Of a DNA stretch of 64,000 bases, positions 1 to 9,772 are shown piece after piece (the stretch's first letter is position 1; the number at the start of each line of letters is the position of its first letter). Origin of the DNA: Turneriella sp. (GTDB taxonomy: Bacteria; Spirochaetota; Leptospiria; Turneriellales; Turneriellaceae). The translations under genes and the position numbers were made by a program. Under the pieces are notes generated by a model. The model ran no database searches. It had not been told where the DNA came from and worked only from the letters and a program-made list of their open reading frames with translations. Location of the stretch: contig CBDIID010000003.1 in assembly GCA_965279515.1 (NCBI GenBank), positions 2,240,001-2,304,000 on the forward strand, read 5' to 3'.

Positions 1-9
1 GCGGCGCAG

Positions 10-768
10 ATGCTGCGGGCTTTCCGGAATTTATCCTTACTGACCCAGAACTTTATCCTGGGCCTCATCGCCATGGCGGTCGCTTTTCCGATCTACATGG
101 TGCCGAACCTGGTGTATGCCGACAGGCCGGGCATGAACCTCAGTATCTTCATCGATACGTGGATGCCCTTCGCGCCATGGACAATTCTCGGTTATGCACT
201 CATCTACGTGTTTGTTTTCCTGCCGCTCTTCACCATCAAAGACCGTGAAATTCTCTGGCGGGTGATTTTGGGTTTTTTAGCCTGCAGCGTGATCGCTGTT
301 CCCTTCTTTATCTTTATGCCGGTGCGCATGCCGCGGCCGGGAATCCCCACGCAGGAAAGTTTTTTCTACTGGGGCGTGGCGCTGAACTATGTTCTCGACA
401 AACCCGTGAATTGTTTTCCGAGCCTGCACGTGGCCAATTCCGTTTTTGCCGTGGCCTGCTGCATGAAACTTTCGCGCCGCGTGGGCCTGTGGGGTATCGT
501 GGGCGCGGCGCTGATTTGCGTTTCGACCATGACGCTGCGGCAGCATTTTTTTGCCGATATTCTCGCCGGCGCCGCCCTGGCCTTAGGCTGTTATTTTGTT
601 GTGGTACATCCCCTGATCCAGCGCCGCCTGGGCGAGGGGGCTGAGACCCTCGTCTTTCCGCCCCGGACAGCCCTGTGGGTGCTGTATATGTATGGCATTG
701 TCGTTGGTACCTGCCTGCTGCTGTTTGCCGCCGGCATGCGTTTTCAGCCGGTTTTGCCGGTGAATTGA
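10..768 (+). CDS. PAP2-superfamily membrane phosphoesterase/phosphotransferase (PAP2_3/Aur1-like)
   Basis: Multiple TM segments; NCFPSLH and RQHFFAD motifs typical of the PAP2/Aur1-like family. Confidence 0.8.
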   Translation: MLRAFRNLSLLTQNFILGLIAMAVAFPIYMVPNLVYADRPGMNLSIFIDTWMPFAPWTILGYALIYVFVFLPLFTIKDREILWRVILGFLACSVIAVPFFIFMPVRMPRPGIPTQESFFYWGVALNYVLDKPVNCFPSLHVANSVFAVACCMKLSRRVGLWGIVGAALICVSTMTLRQHFFADILAGAALALGCYFVVVHPLIQRRLGEGAETLVFPPRTALWVLYMYGIVVGTCLLLFAAGMRFQPVLPVN

Positions 769-829
769 CCGCGGCGCCGTGGATTTTCTTAATTGACGGA
801 ATATCTCAGCGCACGCGCTGCTTCACTCC

Positions 830-1600
830 ATGAAAAATATCAGCCTTAAAACCACGTTATTGATTATTGCTATCAGCGCCGCGGCGTATTGCGGGAAGAA
901 AAAAGACGGCGATGCGCCGAAAGCGGCGGCCAAAATCGCCTACGCCGTTTACGGTGCCGGCCTCTTCGACCAGATCGGCGCGGCAAAAGCATCGGAATAC
1001 CTGAGCCGCGGTGAGATGGTCACCGTGCTCGATACCGTAACTCCACCGTCAGTCAAAGAAGATGCTAAAGCCAAGACCTGGGCCAAAGTCGAACGCACTA
1101 CCGGCAAACAGGGTTTTGTCGATGCGGCAAACATCGAAGGCAAGGCATTCGTCGTCATTCGCCCACTCGACGTCTTCAGCATCAACCAGGCATCGGGTAA
1201 AAAACTCGCCAGCGTTCCTGCGGGTCAGGTCGGTTTTATCATCGAAGAAAAAGCCGATTGGGCAAAAATCCGTTTCGGTTACAAGATCAACGAAAACTGG
1301 GTATTCAGCAAGGACAGCACGAAATGGGTCGACCAGAAATGGGCCCAGGTCGAAGGCGTAAGCTATGATCCAATGGCGATCGGCCAGGGCGTCGAGCTTG
1401 AGACAGCGCTGCGTAAATATTACGACGGCGATGCAGCGAAAAAAGCGGCGGGCAAAAAAGAACTCGAAGGGATTATCAAAGAAGGTAAGTCACAATTTAT
1501 CGAACCCGCTCAAAAGGCGTTAGCCGGTGACGGTGAAGCGAAGAGCGAAAACAAAACAGAAGAAACAAAACCCGCTTCCGAAACACCAGGCGGCAATTAA
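830..1600 (+). CDS. Lipoprotein, probable SH3b-like domains
   Basis: Signal peptide with lipobox-like AAYC followed by GKKK; WAKV...GKQGFV and WAKIR segments resemble bacterial SH3. Confidence 0.6.
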   Translation: MKNISLKTTLLIIAISAAAYCGKKKDGDAPKAAAKIAYAVYGAGLFDQIGAAKASEYLSRGEMVTVLDTVTPPSVKEDAKAKTWAKVERTTGKQGFVDAANIEGKAFVVIRPLDVFSINQASGKKLASVPAGQVGFIIEEKADWAKIRFGYKINENWVFSKDSTKWVDQKWAQVEGVSYDPMAIGQGVELETALRKYYDGDAAKKAAGKKELEGIIKEGKSQFIEPAQKALAGDGEAKSENKTEETKPASETPGGN

Positions 1601-1603
1601 GCG

Positions 1604-2569
1604 ATGGCGCGCCGCAAGCAGCGTAAAGAGACCGCCGTCTTTATCGTCAACCCACAGGCGGGGGGCGGCAAATCAGATAAGCAGCTCAAGCAGTTGCTTG
1701 CGGATATCGAAGCGATTTACGGCAACGCAAAAATACAGTTCACCGAGCGCAAACTGCATGCGACAGAACTCGCGCGCGGTGCGGTAGAAGCAGGTACCGA
1801 ACTGATCGTTGCCGTGGGCGGCGACGGCACCATCAGCGAAGTGGCAGCGGGTTTTTTCGACGCGAAGGGCAAGGCCCTGAAACCGATAAAACAGGCGCCT
1901 GCATTGGGAATACTCCCTGCCGGTTCAGGCAGCGACTATGCCAAGACGATTGGCATTCCCCGTTCATCGGCGATTGCTTTACAGATTTTGCAAACAGGCC
2001 ACACACGCACCGTCGATGCCGGGCTCGTTGAGTTTATTTCCACCAGCGGAGAAAAAACAAAACGCATCTTTATCAATATCGCCGATATCGGTATCGGCGG
2101 CGAGGTGATCGATATTCTCGAACGCCAGGGTAAACGGCTCGGTGCATTTTTGTCATACCAGATAGCGACACTGCGCGGCCTCATCGGTTACAAGAATAAA
2201 CACCTGAATATCGTACTCGACAAAAAACAGAAATTCGACGGCACGTATAATGGTGTGATCGTCGCGCTCGGGCAATACTTTGGCAGCGGCATGAAGATTG
2301 CGCCCAATGCGATTCCCGACGACGGCCTCTTTGATGTCGTGATGCTCGGCGAAATGAGCAAAATCGAAATGGTCGCCAAGATGCAGAAGCTGCGCAATGG
2401 TACGCACATTTTTGAAAAGAACATCACTGTACACCGTGCGAAACACGTCAGCATACAATCAGATACCCAGGCGCTTCTGGATTGCGACGGTGAAATGCCG
2501 GGTGAAGCCCCCGCCGAATTTACTATTCTGCCCGGCGCTATAAAAGTTGTGGTTCCGCCGCCGGCTTAA
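1604..2569 (+). CDS. Diacylglycerol/lipid kinase family protein (YegS/BmrU-like)
   Basis: NPxAG, GGDGT, PAGSGSD and DGE motifs. Confidence 0.9.
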   Translation: MARRKQRKETAVFIVNPQAGGGKSDKQLKQLLADIEAIYGNAKIQFTERKLHATELARGAVEAGTELIVAVGGDGTISEVAAGFFDAKGKALKPIKQAPALGILPAGSGSDYAKTIGIPRSSAIALQILQTGHTRTVDAGLVEFISTSGEKTKRIFINIADIGIGGEVIDILERQGKRLGAFLSYQIATLRGLIGYKNKHLNIVLDKKQKFDGTYNGVIVALGQYFGSGMKIAPNAIPDDGLFDVVMLGEMSKIEMVAKMQKLRNGTHIFEKNITVHRAKHVSIQSDTQALLDCDGEMPGEAPAEFTILPGAIKVVVPPPA

Positions 2570-3066
2570 AACATCGGCTTCAGAGAATCTTTTTTCGGCT
2601 TGGCTGTTTCTTTTTTCGCCGTTTTCTTTTCCGGCGTTTTCACGGGCGTGGGCTCCGGCGGAAACAGTGCCACGGGTTTCGGCTCTTTATAGAGTCTAAC
2701 CTGTTTCAGAATCTCGATCATGCGGTTGTCGTGCCGGCCCGTCATGGCCTGCAGGTCGCGCGTGTTCTCGCGCTTCTGCGCGGCGACCAGACCCTCGACT
2801 CCGCTCTGCGTTTTTTTCCACTCCGCGTTCGCGTTGACGGGTAACTGTTTCGCGGTACCGATAGCCGCGTCAACACGGGGGATATCCAGCTTTTTGAGCT
2901 CGGCTTTCTTTTTCTCAATCTCTTTCGGGATCTTTTCTTTGACTACCGGATTCTCTTTTGTCTTTTTCCAGAGCTTTTCAAGGTCTTTGCCCCAGAACAG
3001 CCAGACTGCGCCGACGAAGATACCCGTGATGACAAGATAGATTGCGGCGCTGCGCAGCCAGGACAT
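2566..3066 (-). CDS. Hypothetical membrane-anchored Lys-rich protein
   Basis: N-terminal TM helix; TTGACG/TATAGA promoter-like sequence immediately upstream. Confidence 0.7.
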   Translation of the reverse strand: MSWLRSAAIYLVITGIFVGAVWLFWGKDLEKLWKKTKENPVVKEKIPKEIEKKKAELKKLDIPRVDAAIGTAKQLPVNANAEWKKTQSGVEGLVAAQKRENTRDLQAMTGRHDNRMIEILKQVRLYKEPKPVALFPPEPTPVKTPEKKTAKKETAKPKKDSLKPMF

Positions 3067-3099
3067 GAAGCTCTATAGGAAATTCGTGCACCGCGTCAA

Positions 3100-4854
3100 T
3101 TAGAAGGTATGGCTGACGCCGAATTGCAGGGCGTTCAAGAGATTGATCTCCGGCTCATTCAGGTTAAAACCGAAATCAATGCGGAAGACATTGTTGTCGA
3201 ATTCATGGAGCATCGTGCGAAGGCCAAGGCCGGCGATCGAATAATACGTGAGCGCACTCAGGTTTTCGCCGACTCCCGCATAATCGAAGAAGATGACCCC
3301 GGCGACCAGAAGGTAGGGCAACTTAAGGCCCGGCGAGCGGTACTCGATCGATGTCAGATGCCCTGCGCTCGGGTATACTGAACCATACGAGAAACCCCGC
3401 CGCAGCTGGTTAGCAATGTCTTCCCGCTTGTCCTTGGTGAGATGATTGCCTTTCGCCAGGTAGGTCCGCAAGGCCAGCGTACCAAAGCGCGTGAAATAGA
3501 ACCCGCGCAGATCGAAAGCCCAGAGATCGTCTGTGGGGTAAGGCGCACCGTTATACCAGAAAATCGCGGCGCGGGCCACGCTGGTTTCGAGCCTCAACTT
3601 CTGGTCGAGAAAATTCTTCTGGTACGCAGCGCCGAAAGAAGGCGCCGTGTAGTGGTCGGCTAAACCAAACGACGGGTTCGCGTAGACAATTTTCGAAGAA
3701 GTCCTCAGGCCCTCGAACTGGTCTTCGGTAAAAAGATAGCGCCTGAAATTGCGCATCGGCGCAAAATTACCGTTACGGGTATTGACTGAAAAAGTCAGCG
3801 CATGCGTCGAATATTGCTGGCTTTGGTAGAACGCCTTTGACGCGGCTGAAACAGGTAGCTCGGGGGTCTCAGAAAGCGAATACTGGTCATTTGCATAGAT
3901 ATAATTATCCCGTCGGATGTAATGCCAGATACCAGGCCCGAATTCGATGCGGTCATTTTTACCGAGGCCATAGAGATATTGCGCCGAAATATCTTCAATT
4001 TTCGTGCGGTAGATCAGGTCGAAATATTTCCCCGTCGCAGTATTATAACCCTGCCGTATGCCGCCGCCGAGATAGTCATAATTCACGCCATTCGTAAACG
4101 AAGTCGAAAGCTGAAAGGCATGCTTTTGGCCGTTCCTCGTGAACGGATGCGACAACGTAATTCCCTGCGTCTGCAGGTTGTACTGTGAATTGGCAAAACC
4201 CATCGTTGTCGCTGCGCCGATTTCCCAGCGCGAACCGTTGATGCGTGTCTTGCCGACACCGAGCGAAATGTAATCGCGGAAATTTTCGCGGCCATAACTT
4301 GCGCCCCAGTAATAGAGTTTTCCGAATACACTCGGCTCAAAGACATTGACGCCGAAAGAAGAGTAACCGCCCGAGCCGCTGGCGCCGGTGCTGAACTGCG
4401 GCGAATACCGGTCCTGTGTGACAACGGTCACATCTGTTTTTCCGGTTTCCGGATTTTTCTTCGTGACGATGACGGCCTGTTTGATAGGATCCAGAAGCCG
4501 CACATAACGTTCGGCGTCATAGAGTTTAAAGCGCGGTATCTTATCGCCCTCTTTGAAATCCAATTCGCTGTAGATGACATCTTTCTGCGTCACAAAATGC
4601 AAATTGTTGAGTAACGGAGCGAATATGTCGCTTGCAGGCAAGACCGTCTGGTTGAGGATCGTGATCGTGCCGACGGTTATTTCCGTTTCATCGGCATTTT
4701 CCTTTTCCAGTTCTGCGGGAGTTTCTTTTGCGCGCACGGCGAGCGCCGCCTCGACATCGGCCGGCAGATTTTCAACATGGCCGTCGAAACCTGCACAATG
4801 GAAAAACCCCGCCGCGAGACAAAGCGCGACGCCCAAACGGCCGGAGCGTTTCAC
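3100..4854 (-). CDS. Omp85/BamA-TamA-like outer-membrane protein with POTRA-like N-terminus
   Basis: Signal peptide; POTRA-like TQKDVIYSELDFKEGD; RRGFSYG and EYRSP motifs; amphipathic strands; C-terminal Phe. Confidence 0.7.
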   Translation of the reverse strand: MKRSGRLGVALCLAAGFFHCAGFDGHVENLPADVEAALAVRAKETPAELEKENADETEITVGTITILNQTVLPASDIFAPLLNNLHFVTQKDVIYSELDFKEGDKIPRFKLYDAERYVRLLDPIKQAVIVTKKNPETGKTDVTVVTQDRYSPQFSTGASGSGGYSSFGVNVFEPSVFGKLYYWGASYGRENFRDYISLGVGKTRINGSRWEIGAATTMGFANSQYNLQTQGITLSHPFTRNGQKHAFQLSTSFTNGVNYDYLGGGIRQGYNTATGKYFDLIYRTKIEDISAQYLYGLGKNDRIEFGPGIWHYIRRDNYIYANDQYSLSETPELPVSAASKAFYQSQQYSTHALTFSVNTRNGNFAPMRNFRRYLFTEDQFEGLRTSSKIVYANPSFGLADHYTAPSFGAAYQKNFLDQKLRLETSVARAAIFWYNGAPYPTDDLWAFDLRGFYFTRFGTLALRTYLAKGNHLTKDKREDIANQLRRGFSYGSVYPSAGHLTSIEYRSPGLKLPYLLVAGVIFFDYAGVGENLSALTYYSIAGLGLRTMLHEFDNNVFRIDFGFNLNEPEINLLNALQFGVSHTF

Positions 4855-4860
4855 GCGAGG

Positions 4861-5538
4861 TTATTTCTTGAAGTCGGCGCGGTCGTTCTGGAACGCGGGC
4901 GTCATCGGGAAGGTAATTTTGGCGATGGTCTTGTTTGAATAATCACTGTAGATCGTGAAAAAGTGCGGATCGATGCCCTCGGATTTAAGCATCATCAGAA
5001 TGAGCGCAATACCCATACCGGCGCCTTCTGAGTTATCTTGCATGTCCATATAGAGCTCACCGATGTTCTCGTACTTAAGGCCGTCGCGGAACTTGTCGCG
5101 GATACGCTCGTCTTCGCGCTTGGTGAGCGCGCTGTTATTCAGCACTTCGACAATCAGCTTCGTGTCATCGTATTCGAACTTGATGTCAACGAACAGCCCG
5201 CGGTCTTTTGCTTTTTGGGCATACTCATTGATGAATTTATCGGTCAGCTTTTCGCGGAACATCTCTAAGCCGCGGCGGTAATCGGATTCATTCTCGAGAT
5301 CGATCTTCACTTCATCGAACAGAATGCGTTTGATGTTGGCTTTGGCGCCGTTGACCGCAAGTTCTTTGATGCAGGTATAGAGCGTGGCTGTCAGGTCGAG
5401 TTTATTGTATTTATTGAGCAGGCGCAGAATGATGAGATTAAGGTCTTTCTCAGTTTCGGGCAGTAATGCGTAGGCACGTACCTTGATCGTCTGGTTTTTC
5501 TGAATCGCCGAATCTATGCGTTCCGCGAGCGATAACAT
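4861..5538 (-). CDS. Histidine-kinase-like ATPase (HATPase fold, no DHp domain seen)
   Basis: N-box-like ELAVNGAKAN and G2-like EGAGMGIALI; start taken at internal Met (ORF track extends to 5637). Confidence 0.65.
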   Translation of the reverse strand: MLSLAERIDSAIQKNQTIKVRAYALLPETEKDLNLIILRLLNKYNKLDLTATLYTCIKELAVNGAKANIKRILFDEVKIDLENESDYRRGLEMFREKLTDKFINEYAQKAKDRGLFVDIKFEYDDTKLIVEVLNNSALTKREDERIRDKFRDGLKYENIGELYMDMQDNSEGAGMGIALILMMLKSEGIDPHFFTIYSDYSNKTIAKITFPMTPAFQNDRADFKK

Positions 5539-5729
5539 AGGGTTAAATGGGTTTGCCGGATGAAAGAGCAAGCTGAAAGCTATGTGCGCCTCACAGGGTG
5601 CATCCGGGATAACCGGAAGCAGCGAAGGCGTTTGCATGGCAAACGGCGCAGCGCTTTAGCAGCAGTTTGGCTAGACAAACTGCGAGGCTTCCGGTTATCT
5701 GTGCCCTGTGAGGCCACGGTAAAAATAGC

Positions 5730-6479
5730 ATGCTGCCCGCCAATCCCGTAAGACGCACCCTTTACCGCGCCACAACGAGTTTCTTTGCCGCGCTCTCCGC
5801 TGTTCTGATTTCGATCTATGAATCGACGCTGCGCTTCGAGATCGAAGGCGAAGACCATCTGCGCATTTTGCGCGCGAAAGACCAGAACTACATCGTGGCC
5901 GTCTGGCATACCTTCGTGACAGCCGCGGTGTTTACCCTACACCACCGGCGCTTCTGCATTTATTCGGATCACCCCCGCACCGAAGCCTATGAGAAAAGCT
6001 GGACGCATTTTTTCCGTGAGATTGGCCTGAAGACGCTGCGCTCTCTCGGTTTCGACGTGCTCGATGCATCGCTCGGCAAACAGTCTGCGGGCGTTTTGAA
6101 TTTCATCAAAAAAATCCAGAGCGGCACACCGGCGATCGTTGCGCCCGACGGCCCGCATGGGCCGATCTACGAAGCGAAGCCCGGCGTGATCTACATGGCG
6201 GCAAAGGCCTCGAGTGTCGTGGTGCCGATCGGCGCCAGTTTTTCGCGGCGTGTCGTCGGCGCCAACTGGGACGACTTCTCGCTGCCGCTACCCTTCTCGC
6301 GCGTGGCCTTCGTGATCGGCGAACCGATCTATCCGCCGGCTGATTTGAGCGAAGCGGCGCTGGCGGAGCAAAGCAAGAAGGTCGAAGAAGTTCTGGATCA
6401 GCTGTGTTTCAGGGCGAATGAAATTTTAAAACAAAAGGGCGGCGTCAGCGCGGGCGCGCGAGAAAAAGCCCCAACATAA
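5730..6479 (+). CDS. Lysophospholipid acyltransferase-like protein (DUF374 type)
   Basis: VWH, PDGPHGP, KPG and LPLPFSR motifs. Confidence 0.8.
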   Translation: MLPANPVRRTLYRATTSFFAALSAVLISIYESTLRFEIEGEDHLRILRAKDQNYIVAVWHTFVTAAVFTLHHRRFCIYSDHPRTEAYEKSWTHFFREIGLKTLRSLGFDVLDASLGKQSAGVLNFIKKIQSGTPAIVAPDGPHGPIYEAKPGVIYMAAKASSVVVPIGASFSRRVVGANWDDFSLPLPFSRVAFVIGEPIYPPADLSEAALAEQSKKVEEVLDQLCFRANEILKQKGGVSAGAREKAPT

Positions 6480-6810
6480 TCAGCGATGCCAGCGCGCTGC
6501 TGAGCAAAAACGGCACTGCCAATAATGCCACAAAATTATCAGACTGCCACACAAAGGTTAATCCCACTACGCTCGCGAGCGCGAAGAATAACCACACCCA
6601 GGTATACCAACCCGGCAGCACCTTCACTTTCCAGCCGCGGCTGAAGAGCCCGCGCTTGCCGGTGCGCGTTCCACCGCGGCGGTCTTCGCTGGGTGTTTTC
6701 TCGTCGTCGGGTAAATGGACAGGATTTAAAAAATCAAAGTTGATATTGCCGCGGCGCAGCGAGCGTTCGACGCGTTCAGAAAATTCTTTGTCGCTGCCTG
6801 AATCAGCCAT
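6445..6810 (-). CDS. Hypothetical membrane protein
   Basis: Two C-terminal TM helices; overlaps stop of upstream gene. Confidence 0.6.
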   Translation of the reverse strand: MADSGSDKEFSERVERSLRRGNINFDFLNPVHLPDDEKTPSEDRRGGTRTGKRGLFSRGWKVKVLPGWYTWVWLFFALASVVGLTFVWQSDNFVALLAVPFLLSSALASLIMLGLFLARPR

Positions 6811-7417
6811 CTTTTTTCAACGCGTCCTTGAGTAGTTTCTGGTAACGCTCCACCTCGCCGCGCAGAATTTCATAGCGGCGCGAGAGATAGCCGGTGTAGA
6901 TGCCGACAAGCCAAAACCCGGCGACCTTCAACACTTCCTGGTGGAAGTCGGGAATATGCATGTCGGGCCAATACTGGTTCGCCAGCACACCGAGATAAAA
7001 GATATTCATGATAAACGTGCCCGCGAGGGCAATGCTCATGCCATAACGCAGCGCATTTGAAACGATGATGACATAGTTAATCGGATACAGGAGGCTCGTA
7101 CTGCCGCCCGTGGGTATCAGCACCAGCGCCACGAGCAGAAAGTCGCAGCTCATCGTCAGGTATTTGACCCAGCGGCCGATCTGTTCTTTTTTGAGCGCGC
7201 GCTGTACCAGCACGGCGATACCGACGTTAAAGGCCACGGCAAAACCCATGAGGCCGAAGATATAGGTGGCATCGAAGGTGATCCCACCCAGGGCATTGCC
7301 CTCACCCCGGTAGAATAAATAGCTGAGGTAGCTGCCGATCGTGAGTATCAGCACCCAGCGGACGCTGGCCTTGTTTTTTTCGTTGCGGATTTCCCAGAGG
7401 GCCTTTTCTCGGTTCAT
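6803..7417 (-). CDS. Hypothetical polytopic membrane protein
   Basis: About 5-6 hydrophobic segments; resembles a stand-alone membrane sensor module. Confidence 0.65.
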   Translation of the reverse strand: MNREKALWEIRNEKNKASVRWVLILTIGSYLSYLFYRGEGNALGGITFDATYIFGLMGFAVAFNVGIAVLVQRALKKEQIGRWVKYLTMSCDFLLVALVLIPTGGSTSLLYPINYVIIVSNALRYGMSIALAGTFIMNIFYLGVLANQYWPDMHIPDFHQEVLKVAGFWLVGIYTGYLSRRYEILRGEVERYQKLLKDALKKDG

Positions 7418-7531
7418 AGCGGTTGCCGGTCACTGAGCCGTGCCGCACTGGCCGCGCCACAATTTTTCGCAAAGCCGGGTCTATGGCCTGAGTTACGCTT
7501 TACACCGGGTTTCGGCCGCAAATATTGACGT

Positions 7532-7798
7532 ATGGCACACAAGAAGGGCGGCGGTTCGTCTAAAAACGGTCGCGATTCCAATTCACAACGACTCGGCCTG
7601 AAGGCTTCGGGCGGTCAGTTCGTAAAGGCCGGTTCTATTCTGGTACGCCAGCACGGCACGGTTTTCCATGCAGGCAGCAACGTTCTGCGCGGCCGCGATG
7701 ATTCCCTCTTTACTACAGTCCACGGCGTCGTGAAATTCGAGCGCATCGACAAGCACCGCCAGAAGATTTCAGTATATCCGGCAGCTGCCGCAAACTAA
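7532..7798 (+). CDS. rpmA: 50S ribosomal protein L27
   Basis: [16 protein letters not shown]...RLG signature. Confidence 0.98.
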   Translation: MAHKKGGGSSKNGRDSNSQRLGLKASGGQFVKAGSILVRQHGTVFHAGSNVLRGRDDSLFTTVHGVVKFERIDKHRQKISVYPAAAAN

Positions 7799-7818
7799 GG
7801 GGACTTCCCCCTGTTCTG

Positions 7819-7849
7819 AAAAGGCCCCACTGGGGCCTTTTTTATTTTT
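7819..7849 (+). terminator. Rho-independent terminator after rpmA
   Basis: AAAAGGCCCC-ACT-GGGGCCTTTT hairpin followed by T-rich tail. Confidence 0.85.
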
Positions 7850-7851
7850 CG

Positions 7852-7891
7852 CCCCACCCCCAGACTTGAGGTAAAGGCCGGGGATTAGGGG
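7852..7891. repeat. Degenerate copy of a dispersed C/G-rich palindromic repeat
   Basis: About 33/40 identity by hand alignment to the reverse complement of 55272-55310. Confidence 0.6.
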
Positions 7892-7895
7892 GAAG

Positions 7896-7911
7896 TTAAC
7901 CATTTGGTTAA
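7896..7911. promoter_or_regulatory. Candidate TetR operator
   Basis: TTAACCA-TT-TGGTTAA inverted repeat about 50 nt upstream of the TetR gene. Confidence 0.55.
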
Positions 7912-7962
7912 TTTTTTTGGCAGCAAAGTTGAACGGTATGTATATTTCAGTTAACAGCGTTT

Positions 7963-8703
7963 ATGTCAGCCACCGCAAAAAAATCCGGACGCCTGCCTGA
8001 AGCCAAGACACGCGAGGCTATTCTCAGGGCTGCCATCCATGAGTTTGCCGAGCGCGGCTTTGCCGGTGCCCGCACCGAAAACATCGCCAAATCGGCGGAA
8101 GTCAATAAGGCGATGCTGCACTATTATTACCACGACAAAGAGACCCTCTACAATGCGGTGCTCGACAGCCTCTACGGTTCATTTCTCGAAGCCGATGATC
8201 TCATCGAAAAAATCGCGAATGCGCCGCTGAACTCCGTACAGCATATACATATCTTTCTGAAGGTCATCATCGCCAAACACGGTGATCCCCGTAACCGCTC
8301 TTTCCGTTGCATTCTGGCATGGGAGCTGGCAGCCGGGCAGAATAACTTAAAACGCGTCGCGCAAAAATACCTGGTACCCCGCATGGTGCATCTCGCCGAA
8401 GTGATCGAGAAGGGCATCAAAGACGGAGAACTCGAATGTAAGAATCCGACCCTGGCCGTTTACAGTATGATTTCCCAGGTTGTGTTCTATTACATGCACC
8501 ATGAGACCTATACCGGTAGCGCAATCTACGACGACCTTTACGGAGATGTAACGCCCGGGTTTCTACTCGATTTTCTGCTGCAGAACTTTATCGCTGCATA
8601 TGCATGTGACCGCAAAATTGCCTACAAGCTGCCCGCGGATATTGAAAAAATCGCCGCAGAGCTGGCCGTGAAAATGACCACACACCCGCTGATTCAGGCA
8701 TAA
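7963..8703 (+). CDS. TetR/AcrR family transcriptional regulator
   Basis: ILRAAIHEFAERGF...IAKSAEVNKAMLHYYY HTH. Confidence 0.93.
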   Translation: MSATAKKSGRLPEAKTREAILRAAIHEFAERGFAGARTENIAKSAEVNKAMLHYYYHDKETLYNAVLDSLYGSFLEADDLIEKIANAPLNSVQHIHIFLKVIIAKHGDPRNRSFRCILAWELAAGQNNLKRVAQKYLVPRMVHLAEVIEKGIKDGELECKNPTLAVYSMISQVVFYYMHHETYTGSAIYDDLYGDVTPGFLLDFLLQNFIAAYACDRKIAYKLPADIEKIAAELAVKMTTHPLIQA

Positions 8704-9770
8704 CGCCGGCTGAGCCTCAGCATATATGTTTCGACATTCGCTAGCCGCGTCTGCGCCGCAAAGCTGCGATTGAAATACGCTGTTCCCCGCGCATGCGTGA
8801 CGCGGCGGCGGTGGCCGCCGTCGTGCCCGAATATTTTGACCGCCGCATCGCCAAAAAGCTTTTGATACACCGCGCGCATCAGCGAACCGACATCGCCGGC
8901 GGGGTTCTCGACGGCTGTCAGGTCGGGCCGCGATACGGCGCAGAATTCCTGCACCAGCGGGTGCGAAGAGGCGTAGGCGAGATGTGCGGCAAAGGGCAGG
9001 CGCTGCACCGCCGGATAACCCAGCAGGTCACAGACCAGCAACATCTGGTGTGAATGGATTGCCGAAACGGCACCCACAAAATGTTCCCGGCTGGCAAAGC
9101 CGGCGTCGACGGAGAACACAACCTGTGGATAGATACCACGGGCAATGAGTGCCGGCAGTGCGGTATCGGCACACCAGATCGTCATATACCCCGTTAAATC
9201 AGCGTTATCCAGCGACGGCCCTGCCATCACCAGGGCGTCTGGCCTTTTGCCCCCTAGCCGTTTAATGTCGCCGTAACCGGCCGCAGGCATCGCGTTCACG
9301 CGAAAATTGATCTGCCAGAGCTTACCAAAGTGGCCGATCGTTTTTAAGCGCACCGCCGCGCGTTCCAGCAGGGCCCGCGTCGCCTGGACTACATAGTCAG
9401 CCGCCTGCTGCCACTGGGCAATCGGCAGTAAGGTAAATTTTTCAGCGGCGCCGACATTGTTGATAAAACCTTCGAGGGCGGCATCGTCGGCGACCAAGCG
9501 GTCATCGGCGGGTAAATGTTCCGTAAAAAGCACGGGAGCAATCCAGACAAACCGGGTGCGATCGTTGAATATATCTTCGAGGCCACCAGCATAAGGAGCA
9601 ATCACCAGCGCCGTATGCCCCGCCGGTACGGATGCGATGAGCTCCCTTATCTGCGCGAGGTCGCGCGTACCTGAGCGGTCACTGTAGATCGGGATTTTTT
9701 TTCCCTGGAACAAAACAAAAAAGCGGCCTTCCGTCGCTTCGGCAGAAAGTTCGCTGAAGGCGAGCAGCAT
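8694..9770 (-). CDS. DUF115/Maf-like (MptE-like/motility-associated factor) protein
   Basis: AGPSLD, CADTALPAL...GIYP...SVDAG and G-H-D motifs; start at internal Met just after upstream stop. Confidence 0.65.
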   Translation of the reverse strand: MLLAFSELSAEATEGRFFVLFQGKKIPIYSDRSGTRDLAQIRELIASVPAGHTALVIAPYAGGLEDIFNDRTRFVWIAPVLFTEHLPADDRLVADDAALEGFINNVGAAEKFTLLPIAQWQQAADYVVQATRALLERAAVRLKTIGHFGKLWQINFRVNAMPAAGYGDIKRLGGKRPDALVMAGPSLDNADLTGYMTIWCADTALPALIARGIYPQVVFSVDAGFASREHFVGAVSAIHSHQMLLVCDLLGYPAVQRLPFAAHLAYASSHPLVQEFCAVSRPDLTAVENPAGDVGSLMRAVYQKLFGDAAVKIFGHDGGHRRRVTHARGTAYFNRSFAAQTRLANVETYMLRLSRRYA

Positions 9771-9772
9771 AG

